From Alphaproteobacteria bacterium (lineage in GTDB: Bacteria; Pseudomonadota; Alphaproteobacteria; CAAHEQ01; UBA3637), in assembly GCA_017466695.1 (NCBI GenBank), contig JAFTTR010000023.1:49583-113582 (forward strand): a stretch of 64,000 bases of DNA, in the 5' to 3' direction. The position numbers and the translations under genes were made by a program. Positions within the stretch are counted from its first letter, which is position 1; every line of letters begins with the position of its first letter. The notes under the pieces were generated by a model, which ran no database searches, was not told where the DNA came from, and saw nothing but the letters and a program-made list of their open reading frames with translations. This document shows, piece after piece, positions 1 through 8,336 of this stretch.

Positions 1-183
1 CTTTATAGCGCACAAAATGAAATTGATAGCCAAAATATTTCAAAAGCTATTGATTTAATTACAAAATTACCTCTTACAATGCAACAAAAAATGACCGATT
101 TCTACCGTGAAGCTGCCATTTATAATCGGGCAAAAAACAGTATTGATCAACTCATTTTATCATTTGAAGTTAAAGGAGAATAA
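1..183 (+). CDS. 3' end of upstream CDS (partial), probably COG4223/HemX-like protein
   Basis: Open frame 1 (LYSAQNEIDSQNISKAIDLITKLP...SFEVKGE*) ends at TAA 181-183, 2 bp before the hemY-like gene. Identity is inferred from alphaproteobacterial synteny only. Confidence 0.5.
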   Translation, partial: LYSAQNEIDSQNISKAIDLITKLPLTMQQKMTDFYREAAIYNRAKNSIDQLILSFEVKGE

Positions 184-185
184 CT

Positions 186-1370
186 ATGCTAAAACTTATT
201 CTTTTCATGATTGCAATGTTTGCAACTGGATTTTTAATTGTACAAGAAAATTGGGATGTTACAATTGCAGCTTTTGGCTATGAAGTCACACTCTCGACTG
301 TTTTGTTGATTGTTTTGTTAACTTTATGTGTTTATCTATTTAGATTGATAAAAAAGCCCTTTTTATATCTTTTTGGATTTAAAAATAGAAGAGCGACTTC
401 CAATCTTGTGAAAAAAGAAGCTTATCTTACATTTGTTTTAGAAACGATTTTAGATCAGAACAATGAATCCATTTCTCGTATTGTAAAACAAAAAGGTGGT
501 TTATTACAAAAAAAAGACATTAAGCATTTGTTATTAAACGCATTTTTTAACCCATCAAAAGAAACATTTGAAGAGTTATCAAAACATAAAGAAACAGAAC
601 TTGCCGGTATAAGAGGCCTTTATTTTGAAGCTAAAAAATCTGGAAATTTAAAAGAAGCTGAAATTATCTTATCAAAAGCAGAACGCTCCTATCCAAACGT
701 ATTTTGGGTTATTCAAGAAAGTTATGATATTGCTGTTTTACAAAATGATGCTGATAAAGCCCTCTTTTTACTTGATGAATTATTAAGATTAAAACAAATT
801 TCAAAAGAAGATTATATTCATCAAAAAGCTGCTTTATACTTCATAAAAGGTAAAATTAAGGAAGCCTATCAGTTGAACAAAATCTGTCCTGCTTTTGCTG
901 TTGCATATGCGAAAGAAAATAAAGAGAATGCTCAAAATATTTTAATAACTTCTTGGAACAAAGAACCTTCGTGGGAGGTTTATGAAACCTATATGAATTT
1001 GTTTAAAGACCAACCAGCTGAAAAACAGCTCAAAATGGTTAATAAACTTATTGCTAAAAATAAGGAATTTAGAATTTCACTTTTAGCCCTAGCCGATACA
1101 GCTATTCGAAACGAAAAATGGCGTTTAGCCAAAGAAACATTAACTGCCTACTTGCAATCATACCCTCTAACAAAAAAAGTGGCTTATATGATGGCTCAAG
1201 TTTCCAGACTGGGCTGGCATCATGAACAAGAGGCAAAAGAATGGGAGCAAAAAGCAATCGAAACAGAGGATAAATATGGATGGACTTGCCTAAATTGCTC
1301 TCAAAGCACTTCTGAATGGAGCGCCATTTGCCCTCATTGCAATAAAGTGGGGAAAATCACTTATCGCTAA
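186..1370 (+). CDS. HemY-like membrane TPR protein with C-terminal CxxC..CxxC zinc ribbon
   Basis: Two N-terminal hydrophobic segments, helical repeat body, C-terminal WTCLNC...W...CPHC as in alphaproteobacterial HemY-family proteins. Confidence 0.7.
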   Translation: MLKLILFMIAMFATGFLIVQENWDVTIAAFGYEVTLSTVLLIVLLTLCVYLFRLIKKPFLYLFGFKNRRATSNLVKKEAYLTFVLETILDQNNESISRIVKQKGGLLQKKDIKHLLLNAFFNPSKETFEELSKHKETELAGIRGLYFEAKKSGNLKEAEIILSKAERSYPNVFWVIQESYDIAVLQNDADKALFLLDELLRLKQISKEDYIHQKAALYFIKGKIKEAYQLNKICPAFAVAYAKENKENAQNILITSWNKEPSWEVYETYMNLFKDQPAEKQLKMVNKLIAKNKEFRISLLALADTAIRNEKWRLAKETLTAYLQSYPLTKKVAYMMAQVSRLGWHHEQEAKEWEQKAIETEDKYGWTCLNCSQSTSEWSAICPHCNKVGKITYR

Positions 1371-1382
1371 AAACAAATTATA

Positions 1383-1427
1383 AAAAAAGAACAACCCATC
1401 AATTAAAATTGGAGGGTTGTTATTTTT
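1383..1427. terminator. Bidirectional intrinsic terminator
   Basis: AACAACCC...GGGTTGTT stem flanked by A and T tracts between convergent hemY-like and accC. Confidence 0.65.
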
Positions 1428-1468
1428 ATAGCATCTTTTTTAAACAACATAAAAAATGATACATTGCA

Positions 1469-1496
1469 AAAATCACCAATAAAAATTGGTGATTTT
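1469..1496. terminator. Second hairpin (12-bp stem), probable accC terminator
   Basis: AAAATCACCAAT-aaaa-ATTGGTGATTTT perfect inverted repeat. Confidence 0.5.
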
Positions 1497-1553
1497 GACT
1501 TAATGTATTAGATTAACATCTTGATTTATCAATCTGAATTTACATATTTTTTA

Positions 1554-2912
1554 TTAAAAAGAGTCATTCTCTTTTTGTGACTTGATAAACTCTTCTAACC
1601 AATGGATATTATACTCCCCATCAATAAATTCTGGTTGAGAAATAATCCTTTGATGCAAAGGAATGGTCGTTGAAATACCATCAATTACAAATTCTTCAAG
1701 AGCTCTTCTTAAACGCATCAATGTTCCATTACGTGTACGACCATGAACAATTAATTTTGCAACCATACTATCGTAACAAGCAGGAACTTTATACCCAGTG
1801 TACATACCAGAATCAACACGAACAGAAAGCCCTCCTGGCGTATGCCACAAACCAATCGTCCCAGGAGATGGAATAAATGATATCGGATCTTCTGCATTGA
1901 TACGACATTCAATTGCATGTCCTGAGAACTTGATATCATCTTGTGTATAACCAAGCGTTGCCCCACTTGAAACACGCAACTGATCACGGACAATATCCAC
2001 TCCTGTTACCATTTCACTAATTGGATGCTCTACTTGAACACGTGTATTCATTTCAAGGAAATAAAATTCCCCATTTTCATACAAAAATTCAATTGTACCA
2101 ACATTGGTATATCCCAATTTTTTCATTGCATTTACAGCAATATCACCGATTTTTTTGCGTTCTGCTGCATTTAAAGCTGGGGATGGTGTTTCTTCCAACA
2201 CTTTTTGGTGATTACGTTGTAAGGAACAATCACGTTCACCCAAATGAACAACATTTCCAAAATTATCAGCAATAATTTGAATTTCAATGTGGCGAGGTGT
2301 TTGCAAATATTTTTCAATATAAACAACATCGCTAGCAAATGAACTTCTTGCCTCATTTTTTGCCAATGTAAAAGCTTCGACCATTTCAGTGGCATTATGG
2401 GCAACTTTCATCCCTTTACCACCACCACCGGCTGCAGCTTTAACAATAACAGGATAACCAATTTTTTCACCCCAGGCTAATGCTTCATCTGCTGTTTTAA
2501 CATCTCCATCAGAGCCAGGAACAACCGGCAAGCCAGATTCAATAGCTGCTTTTTTTGCTGTAACTTTATCCCCCATCAGACGGATCATCTTTGGACTTGG
2601 CCCAATAAAGGTCATTCCATGTGCTTCAATCATTTCAGCAAAATCAGCATTTTCAGACAAAAATCCATATCCAGGATGAATAGCATCAGCCCCTGTCATC
2701 ATAGCAGCTGATATAATAGCAGCTTTATTTAAATAAGAATCCTTAGCAGCAGCTGGTCCAATACAAACAGCTTCATCAGCGAGTTTAACATGCATAGCAT
2801 CAGCATCAGCTGTTGAATGGACAGCAACCGTCTTAATACCCATCTCTCGACAAGCTCTATGAATACGCAGTGCAATTTCACCACGGTTTGCAATTAAAAC
2901 TTTTTCAAACAT
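1554..2912 (-). CDS. accC: Acetyl-CoA carboxylase biotin carboxylase subunit
   Basis: KVLIANRGEIA, HPGYGFLSEN, GGGGKG, ERDCSLQR, EMNTRVQVEH motifs. Confidence 0.97.
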   Translation of the reverse strand: MFEKVLIANRGEIALRIHRACREMGIKTVAVHSTADADAMHVKLADEAVCIGPAAAKDSYLNKAAIISAAMMTGADAIHPGYGFLSENADFAEMIEAHGMTFIGPSPKMIRLMGDKVTAKKAAIESGLPVVPGSDGDVKTADEALAWGEKIGYPVIVKAAAGGGGKGMKVAHNATEMVEAFTLAKNEARSSFASDVVYIEKYLQTPRHIEIQIIADNFGNVVHLGERDCSLQRNHQKVLEETPSPALNAAERKKIGDIAVNAMKKLGYTNVGTIEFLYENGEFYFLEMNTRVQVEHPISEMVTGVDIVRDQLRVSSGATLGYTQDDIKFSGHAIECRINAEDPISFIPSPGTIGLWHTPGGLSVRVDSGMYTGYKVPACYDSMVAKLIVHGRTRNGTLMRLRRALEEFVIDGISTTIPLHQRIISQPEFIDGEYNIHWLEEFIKSQKENDSF

Positions 2913-2914
2913 TC

Positions 2915-3367
2915 TTATTCCATACTAAATAAAGGTTGGTTATACTCAACTGGTGAGCCATTTTCAACTAAAACAGCTTTGATAGTCCCTGCTTTCGTGG
3001 CTTTGATAGGGTTGAATGTTTTCATCGCTTCAACCAAACAGATTGTTTGTCCCACAGAAACTTTATCTCCAGGTTTTACAAAAGCAGGAGATTGTGGATC
3101 TTTTGACAAATAGACAATCCCAACCATTGGTGATAAAATATCATTTGAAGCAACAGCAACTGGCTTATTTTCATGAACTGCAGGAACAGAAACTGTTGGA
3201 ACAGCTGGAACTTGTGCTGGAGCAATAGTACAAATATCCGTAGAACTTGCTTTTGGCCCTACAATCCTGATGTGAACGCCATTGGATTCATAATCAATTT
3301 CAGATAAATTGTTTTCATGTAACAAATTTGCTAATTCTTTAATTGCTTCTTTTTGTTCTTTTTCCAT
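2915..3367 (-). CDS. accB: Biotin carboxyl carrier protein
   Basis: EAMK biotinylation motif, SPMVG, Pro/Ala linker, upstream of accC. Confidence 0.96.
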   Translation of the reverse strand: MEKEQKEAIKELANLLHENNLSEIDYESNGVHIRIVGPKASSTDICTIAPAQVPAVPTVSVPAVHENKPVAVASNDILSPMVGIVYLSKDPQSPAFVKPGDKVSVGQTICLVEAMKTFNPIKATKAGTIKAVLVENGSPVEYNQPLFSME

Positions 3368-3484
3368 ATTTTCACCTCATTTTTTAATAAACATGAAATT
3401 CTTTTATAATATTTTACTTAAAAATGCAAGCAAGAAAAAAAGAAACTTTTGTGACGAAAAAAATTTTTAAATATTATTTTTTTT

Positions 3485-5683
3485 GTGGATTTTAAAAAAA
3501 AGTCTTGTTATGATGAAATTATGTTTTGGGACAGAGGGAAAAAATACTACGAAATTCTTTTAAATGCCGAAGATGACGCCCGTCAAATTCGCACATTTCA
3601 TAATACCCTTATTGCCAGTAATTCCAAGGGAAAAGAACTTTTTGGAGAAATGGAAAACCCATTTGCATTTTTAAAAGATGCTGAAAATCCTCAAAGTGTG
3701 CAAAAGCTCATTGATGCTTATTGTACCCAAACCCCTATTGAGATGGAAATCAAAACCCCAAATCACATATTTTCTATTTCTTTAAAAAGAATAAAAAAAG
3801 CTATTTTAATTACAGCGAAAGATAAAACACCTGAATATGCACTCCATTTAAGCTTAACAAAACAAGTGGAATTTATGTCTGATGTGTTAAGCACTTTTGT
3901 AGACCCCATATATTTAACAGATAAACGAGGAACTCTTATTTATGTGAACAAAGCCTTTTGTTTGCTAACAAACACTTCTTTTGATGATGTATTGGGAAAA
4001 AATATGAGTACTTTTATTTTAGATGGAAGCCCTGATTTTATGGGATATTGGCATGGACTTTTATCTTTCAAAACAAAAGATGGATACAAACCTCTTTGTG
4101 CCTATCAACGCCCTTTTGAAGCACATAATAGCCTTTATTTTTCGGGAATTTTAAAAGAAAAAGAAACCATTTCAAGTGAAAAAAGTTTATATCTTTTCAA
4201 TCAATCCCCTCTTCCACTTGCTATTGTCTCCGGAATTGATTATCAACTCATTCAAACAAATAAAGCCTTTCTAAGCACATTTAAACAAAGTGATTCAAGT
4301 CCTCAAAAAACAAATATTTTAGACTTCTTTTCTGAAGGAACAAGAGATGTTTTAGCATCAAAACTTGAAAAGCTCACTTCTGGACTTTCAAAAACAGAAC
4401 GTATTGAAGCCATTAGTTCTCCTGAATTTGGCGCAAAAACATTTAGTATTTTCATCAGTTTTACAACAGCTGAAAAAGACACACTTATTATTTATCTAAT
4501 TGACGCCTCAGAACGCAAAAACCTTGAAATGCAATTTGCTCATGCTCAAAAAATGCAAGCAATTGGTCAACTTGCAGGAGGCGTTGCCCATGATTTTAAC
4601 AACCTCTTAACAGCAATTATTGGTTTTTGTGACTTATTACTCCAACGATATAATCCAAATGACCCCTCTTTCTTAGACATTATGCAAATTAAAGGGAATG
4701 CAAACAAAGCCTCAGGTCTTGTTGGACAATTATTAACCTTTTCACGCAAACAACCCAGCAAGATTCAACTTTTAAATTTCCATGATGCCTTTATCGACTT
4801 ATCTGGCCTTTTACAAAGAAGCATTTCTCCATTCGTGACTTTAAAAACAGAAATGAAACGCAATCTTGGTTTTGTCAAAATGGACCCCAATCAGCTCACT
4901 CAGATTTTCTTGAATTTAGCAGTGAATGCAAAAGATGCGATGAAAACAGGTGGGACACTTAAAATTTCAGCCACGAAAGAAAAACTTAAAAAAGCCAAAC
5001 CTTGTGGTAACGATATGATCCAATCAGGAGATTATATCAAAATTATCGTCTCGGATAATGGCTCTGGAATTTCAGCCGAAAGTCTGCCTCATATTTTCGA
5101 ACCCTTCTTCACAACAAAAGAAGGGGTTACAGGCTCAGGTACAGGGCTTGGCTTATCAACCGTATATGGCATTATTAGGGCAACTGGGGGATATATATCT
5201 GTTGATAGTGAAAAAGGGATTGGAACAACCTTTATCATCTATTTACCCAGAATTGATCAACCAGTCGACACTCATATTGAACATAAATTGGTAAGACCTG
5301 TTTTTACCCCCTCTCCACTGCCCTCTAACATTTTGCTTGTAGATGATGAAGATGGCGTTAGGCTCGTTGTGGCAAGATTGCTTAAAGCAAAAGGATTCAC
5401 CGTAACTGAATGTGCAAATGCAGAACAAGCCTTAGAGGAACTTGTAAAAAAACAAGATTATACACTTCTTATTACAGATATGATTATGCCTGGGATGGAT
5501 GGTGAAACACTCATAAAAAAAGCAAGAGAAGCCTATCCAAAGCTCAAAGCTCTTCTCATGAGTGGCTATTCAGAAGACATGGCTAGACACTCTTCTTTGG
5601 AAAATAAAGACCTTTTCTTTATCGCAAAACCTTTTGAATTAAATCAGTTACTTGAGAAAGTTAACGAAGTACTTGAACAATAA
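3485..5683 (+). CDS. cckA: CckA-type hybrid histidine kinase (PAS-HisKA-HATPase-REC)
   Basis: QKMQAIGQLAGGVAHDFNNLL H-box, NLAVNAKDAM N-box, FEPFFTTK, GTGLGL, receiver LLITDMIMPGMDG, PAS-like segments. Start may be ATG 3521. Confidence 0.85.
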   Translation: MDFKKKSCYDEIMFWDRGKKYYEILLNAEDDARQIRTFHNTLIASNSKGKELFGEMENPFAFLKDAENPQSVQKLIDAYCTQTPIEMEIKTPNHIFSISLKRIKKAILITAKDKTPEYALHLSLTKQVEFMSDVLSTFVDPIYLTDKRGTLIYVNKAFCLLTNTSFDDVLGKNMSTFILDGSPDFMGYWHGLLSFKTKDGYKPLCAYQRPFEAHNSLYFSGILKEKETISSEKSLYLFNQSPLPLAIVSGIDYQLIQTNKAFLSTFKQSDSSPQKTNILDFFSEGTRDVLASKLEKLTSGLSKTERIEAISSPEFGAKTFSIFISFTTAEKDTLIIYLIDASERKNLEMQFAHAQKMQAIGQLAGGVAHDFNNLLTAIIGFCDLLLQRYNPNDPSFLDIMQIKGNANKASGLVGQLLTFSRKQPSKIQLLNFHDAFIDLSGLLQRSISPFVTLKTEMKRNLGFVKMDPNQLTQIFLNLAVNAKDAMKTGGTLKISATKEKLKKAKPCGNDMIQSGDYIKIIVSDNGSGISAESLPHIFEPFFTTKEGVTGSGTGLGLSTVYGIIRATGGYISVDSEKGIGTTFIIYLPRIDQPVDTHIEHKLVRPVFTPSPLPSNILLVDDEDGVRLVVARLLKAKGFTVTECANAEQALEELVKKQDYTLLITDMIMPGMDGETLIKKAREAYPKLKALLMSGYSEDMARHSSLENKDLFFIAKPFELNQLLEKVNEVLEQ

Positions 5684-5697
5684 ATTAAGGGAAAAAT

Positions 5698-6072
5698 ATG
5701 AATACAACTACAATATCATTGAATGATTTTTATACTTTTATGCTCATTGGGGCAGCACTTGGTGTTGTCTATTTATTTTTGTTATGGCAAACAACTTCAA
5801 CACTTGCCCGGGCGAAGAAAAAAAATCTTGTTCTATTTATTTCAGCAGCCTTACGCATCTTTTTACTTATCTTTGTAGCTCTTGTTTTTTCAGGACAAAA
5901 TTTAAGCCATTTTTTAATTATCATGTGTGGCTTTTTGCTCACAAGAATCGTTTTATTAAAAATACTTAAACCAACTTTGAAAAAAAAGATAACCTCTTCT
6001 GAAATCTTATATGCTGACAACAAAAAAACAAAGCAAGTAATGCTCAAGCAACAAAAGAAAAAAAGAAGATAA
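5698..6072 (+). CDS. Small membrane protein resembling N-ATPase AtpR / ATP-synthase-I-like family
   Basis: About 3 TM helices with pattern GAALGVVYLFLLW...SAALRIFLL...GFLLTR; basic C-terminal tail. Confidence 0.5.
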   Translation: MNTTTISLNDFYTFMLIGAALGVVYLFLLWQTTSTLARAKKKNLVLFISAALRIFLLIFVALVFSGQNLSHFLIIMCGFLLTRIVLLKILKPTLKKKITSSEILYADNKKTKQVMLKQQKKKRR

Positions 6073-6076
6073 CTTC

Positions 6077-7162
6077 TTATTGTCTTTTTAATTTGTGAAG
6101 CGTTTCAACAGCATCATAATCGTCATCAAAAAGGATCGCTTTTTGTTTGATTAAGTTATATTCTTGCTCCATATTGTTCAGCTCTTGAGACACTGTGTTT
6201 TTTTGATTAAGTATATTTTTTAATTTTAAAAATCTATCCATCGCATCATCACTTAACACAGGCGTATTTTTTAACACTTCTATTAACCCGTCTAAATCAC
6301 CCATACAATAACAGACAGCATCACATCCAGCTTCTAAAGAACATATTGCTTTTTGTGTTAATGTACCCTTAAGAGCATGCATATCAATCGCATCAGAAAT
6401 TAAAAAACCATTAAATCCCATTTCTTTTCGAATGATATGAGCAATAATCTTTTGTGACTGAGTTACAGGTAAATCATCTATTTCTTTCAACACAATATGC
6501 GCCGTCATCATCATAGGTGTTTTTTTTGCCAATTGAACAAAAGGATAAAAATCTTTTTGTAGCTCGGTTAATGAAAAATCTAAAATCGGTAATTCTAAAT
6601 GAGGATCAAGCTGCGCCCTTCCATGTCCTGGCACATGTTTTACACAAGGAATAATACCATTTTTCAAATACGTATCAACCATAATACCAGCCAACACGGC
6701 CACACGGTTTTCATCCTTAGAAAAACATCTAGATTTTAAAACAGCCCCTGTTTGCTCAAAAAGAACATCACTACAAGGCGCATAATTTAAATTAACCCCC
6801 ACGTCTTTTAATTCTTGTGCGATTAAAAAAGATTGCAAATAAGCAGCTCGTTCTTGCGCTTTTTCCTCTTCAAAAGAGCCAATACTCCTTTGAGACATAT
6901 AGGATCTAAAAAAAGGAGGTTTAAAACGGGCCACCCGTCCTCCTTCTTGATCAACTGCAATTAAAACGTCCTCTCTTTCAATAACAGATTTTATATCTGA
7001 TATCAATTTTTTAACTTGAGTAGGCGTTTCAATATTTCTTGCAAAGAGGGTAATCCCCAACGGATTATAGTGATTTAAAAGTTTTTTTTCTTCCTCTAAC
7101 AGAGTTGGTCCTTGAAGAGAAACCATGGCACTTCTAATTGGTTTTTGCACGAAAATCCTCAT
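6077..7162 (-). CDS. nagZ: Beta-N-acetylhexosaminidase (GH3)
   Basis: DQEGGRVAR, KHVPGHG...D.H, MMMTAH, ISDAIDM motifs. Start set at ATG 7162, overlapping the upstream stop (ATGA). Confidence 0.9.
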   Translation of the reverse strand: MRIFVQKPIRSAMVSLQGPTLLEEEKKLLNHYNPLGITLFARNIETPTQVKKLISDIKSVIEREDVLIAVDQEGGRVARFKPPFFRSYMSQRSIGSFEEEKAQERAAYLQSFLIAQELKDVGVNLNYAPCSDVLFEQTGAVLKSRCFSKDENRVAVLAGIMVDTYLKNGIIPCVKHVPGHGRAQLDPHLELPILDFSLTELQKDFYPFVQLAKKTPMMMTAHIVLKEIDDLPVTQSQKIIAHIIRKEMGFNGFLISDAIDMHALKGTLTQKAICSLEAGCDAVCYCMGDLDGLIEVLKNTPVLSDDAMDRFLKLKNILNQKNTVSQELNNMEQEYNLIKQKAILFDDDYDAVETLHKLKRQ

Positions 7163-8253
7163 CTTTTTTGTAAAATACACATAAAAAATCCATCTGTTCC
7201 AGTGCGATATGGCGAATATCTAAAAGATTTCACAATATGAAATGAAGGAAATTCTTGCACAAAATTTTCAACTTGATTTTCATTTTCATCATACGTCAAA
7301 GAACAGGTGATATACACAAGAAAATGCCCATTTTTAACATATTCTTGCGCAACGGATAAAATTTCTGCTTGTTTAAGTGTAATATTATGAAGTTGTTTTT
7401 CTGTCAACGTCCAACGAAGGTCTGGACTTCTACGCCACGTTCCTGTTCCTGAACAAGGCGCATCAACAACAACGTAATCAAACTTTTTGTGCGCTTCAGG
7501 TAATTTAAAAACCGGTTTAATAATACTCACATTTGCACGCCAGGCTCTTTTTGATAACTCGCTTAATCTTTTATATGAAGCATCATAGGCTTGTATAAAA
7601 CCTCTATTTTGCATCATTTGAGCGAAAATTAAACTTTTTCCCCCTGCTCCGGCGCAAAAATCAAACACATCATCATTTGGTTTTATCCCTGTGGCAAGAG
7701 ATAACAGCTGCGCCCCTTCATCTTGAACTTCAATCAAGCCTTTTTTAAACGTCTTGGAGTCTTTTAAATTTGTATATTCATTTAATATAATCCCCAAAGG
7801 TGAAAGTTCGCACAAACTCACATCTAATCCTTCCTCTTGCAATTGCTTGAAGATTTTATCTCTATTCCCATTAGCTCTCAAAACAATGGGGGCTTGTCCA
7901 AGCATGGCTTCAAGCTCTTCTTTGGGATCAGGAATATGATCTAAAAACCAGTCTTGCACTTCTAAAGCAACAGGCAAAGGCATGTTTGTTGAACAAGGTA
8001 TACCCTTTTCTTTCAGCTGCTGCAACTTAAACAACCAATTTGTTTTTGGATAGGCAAAATTAAGCCTTGCTTTAGCTCGAATAGCACTCCAAATCAAATC
8101 TAACAATAGCTTTCTATCTTGTGCTTCAATATATTTATGTGTTTTTGTATAATTATTCACAATTTCATTAGCAGCACTGGCTGAAGTGTCTATTTTCTCT
8201 AATAAATCAGCAGCTATTTGATAAATTTCTTCTTCCTTCATTTTTAAACCCAT
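7159..8253 (-). CDS. RsmB/NOL1/NOP2 family RNA m5C methyltransferase
   Basis: VQDEGAQL, DFCAGAGGKS, VDAPCSGTG, YITCS motifs. Confidence 0.9.
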   Translation of the reverse strand: MGLKMKEEEIYQIAADLLEKIDTSASAANEIVNNYTKTHKYIEAQDRKLLLDLIWSAIRAKARLNFAYPKTNWLFKLQQLKEKGIPCSTNMPLPVALEVQDWFLDHIPDPKEELEAMLGQAPIVLRANGNRDKIFKQLQEEGLDVSLCELSPLGIILNEYTNLKDSKTFKKGLIEVQDEGAQLLSLATGIKPNDDVFDFCAGAGGKSLIFAQMMQNRGFIQAYDASYKRLSELSKRAWRANVSIIKPVFKLPEAHKKFDYVVVDAPCSGTGTWRRSPDLRWTLTEKQLHNITLKQAEILSVAQEYVKNGHFLVYITCSLTYDENENQVENFVQEFPSFHIVKSFRYSPYRTGTDGFFMCILQKR

Positions 8254-8336
8254 TTCATTTAAACTTTTTTTATTTTAAAGATAATGAGCAAAAATGTAAA
8301 GCAAAATTTAAGAGCATACTTTTCACAACTCAAAAA

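Noticed and set aside
1270-1345. CxxC...CxxC zinc ribbon at the end of the HemY-like protein
   Set aside because: This is a normal feature of alphaproteobacterial HemY-family proteins and is not novel.
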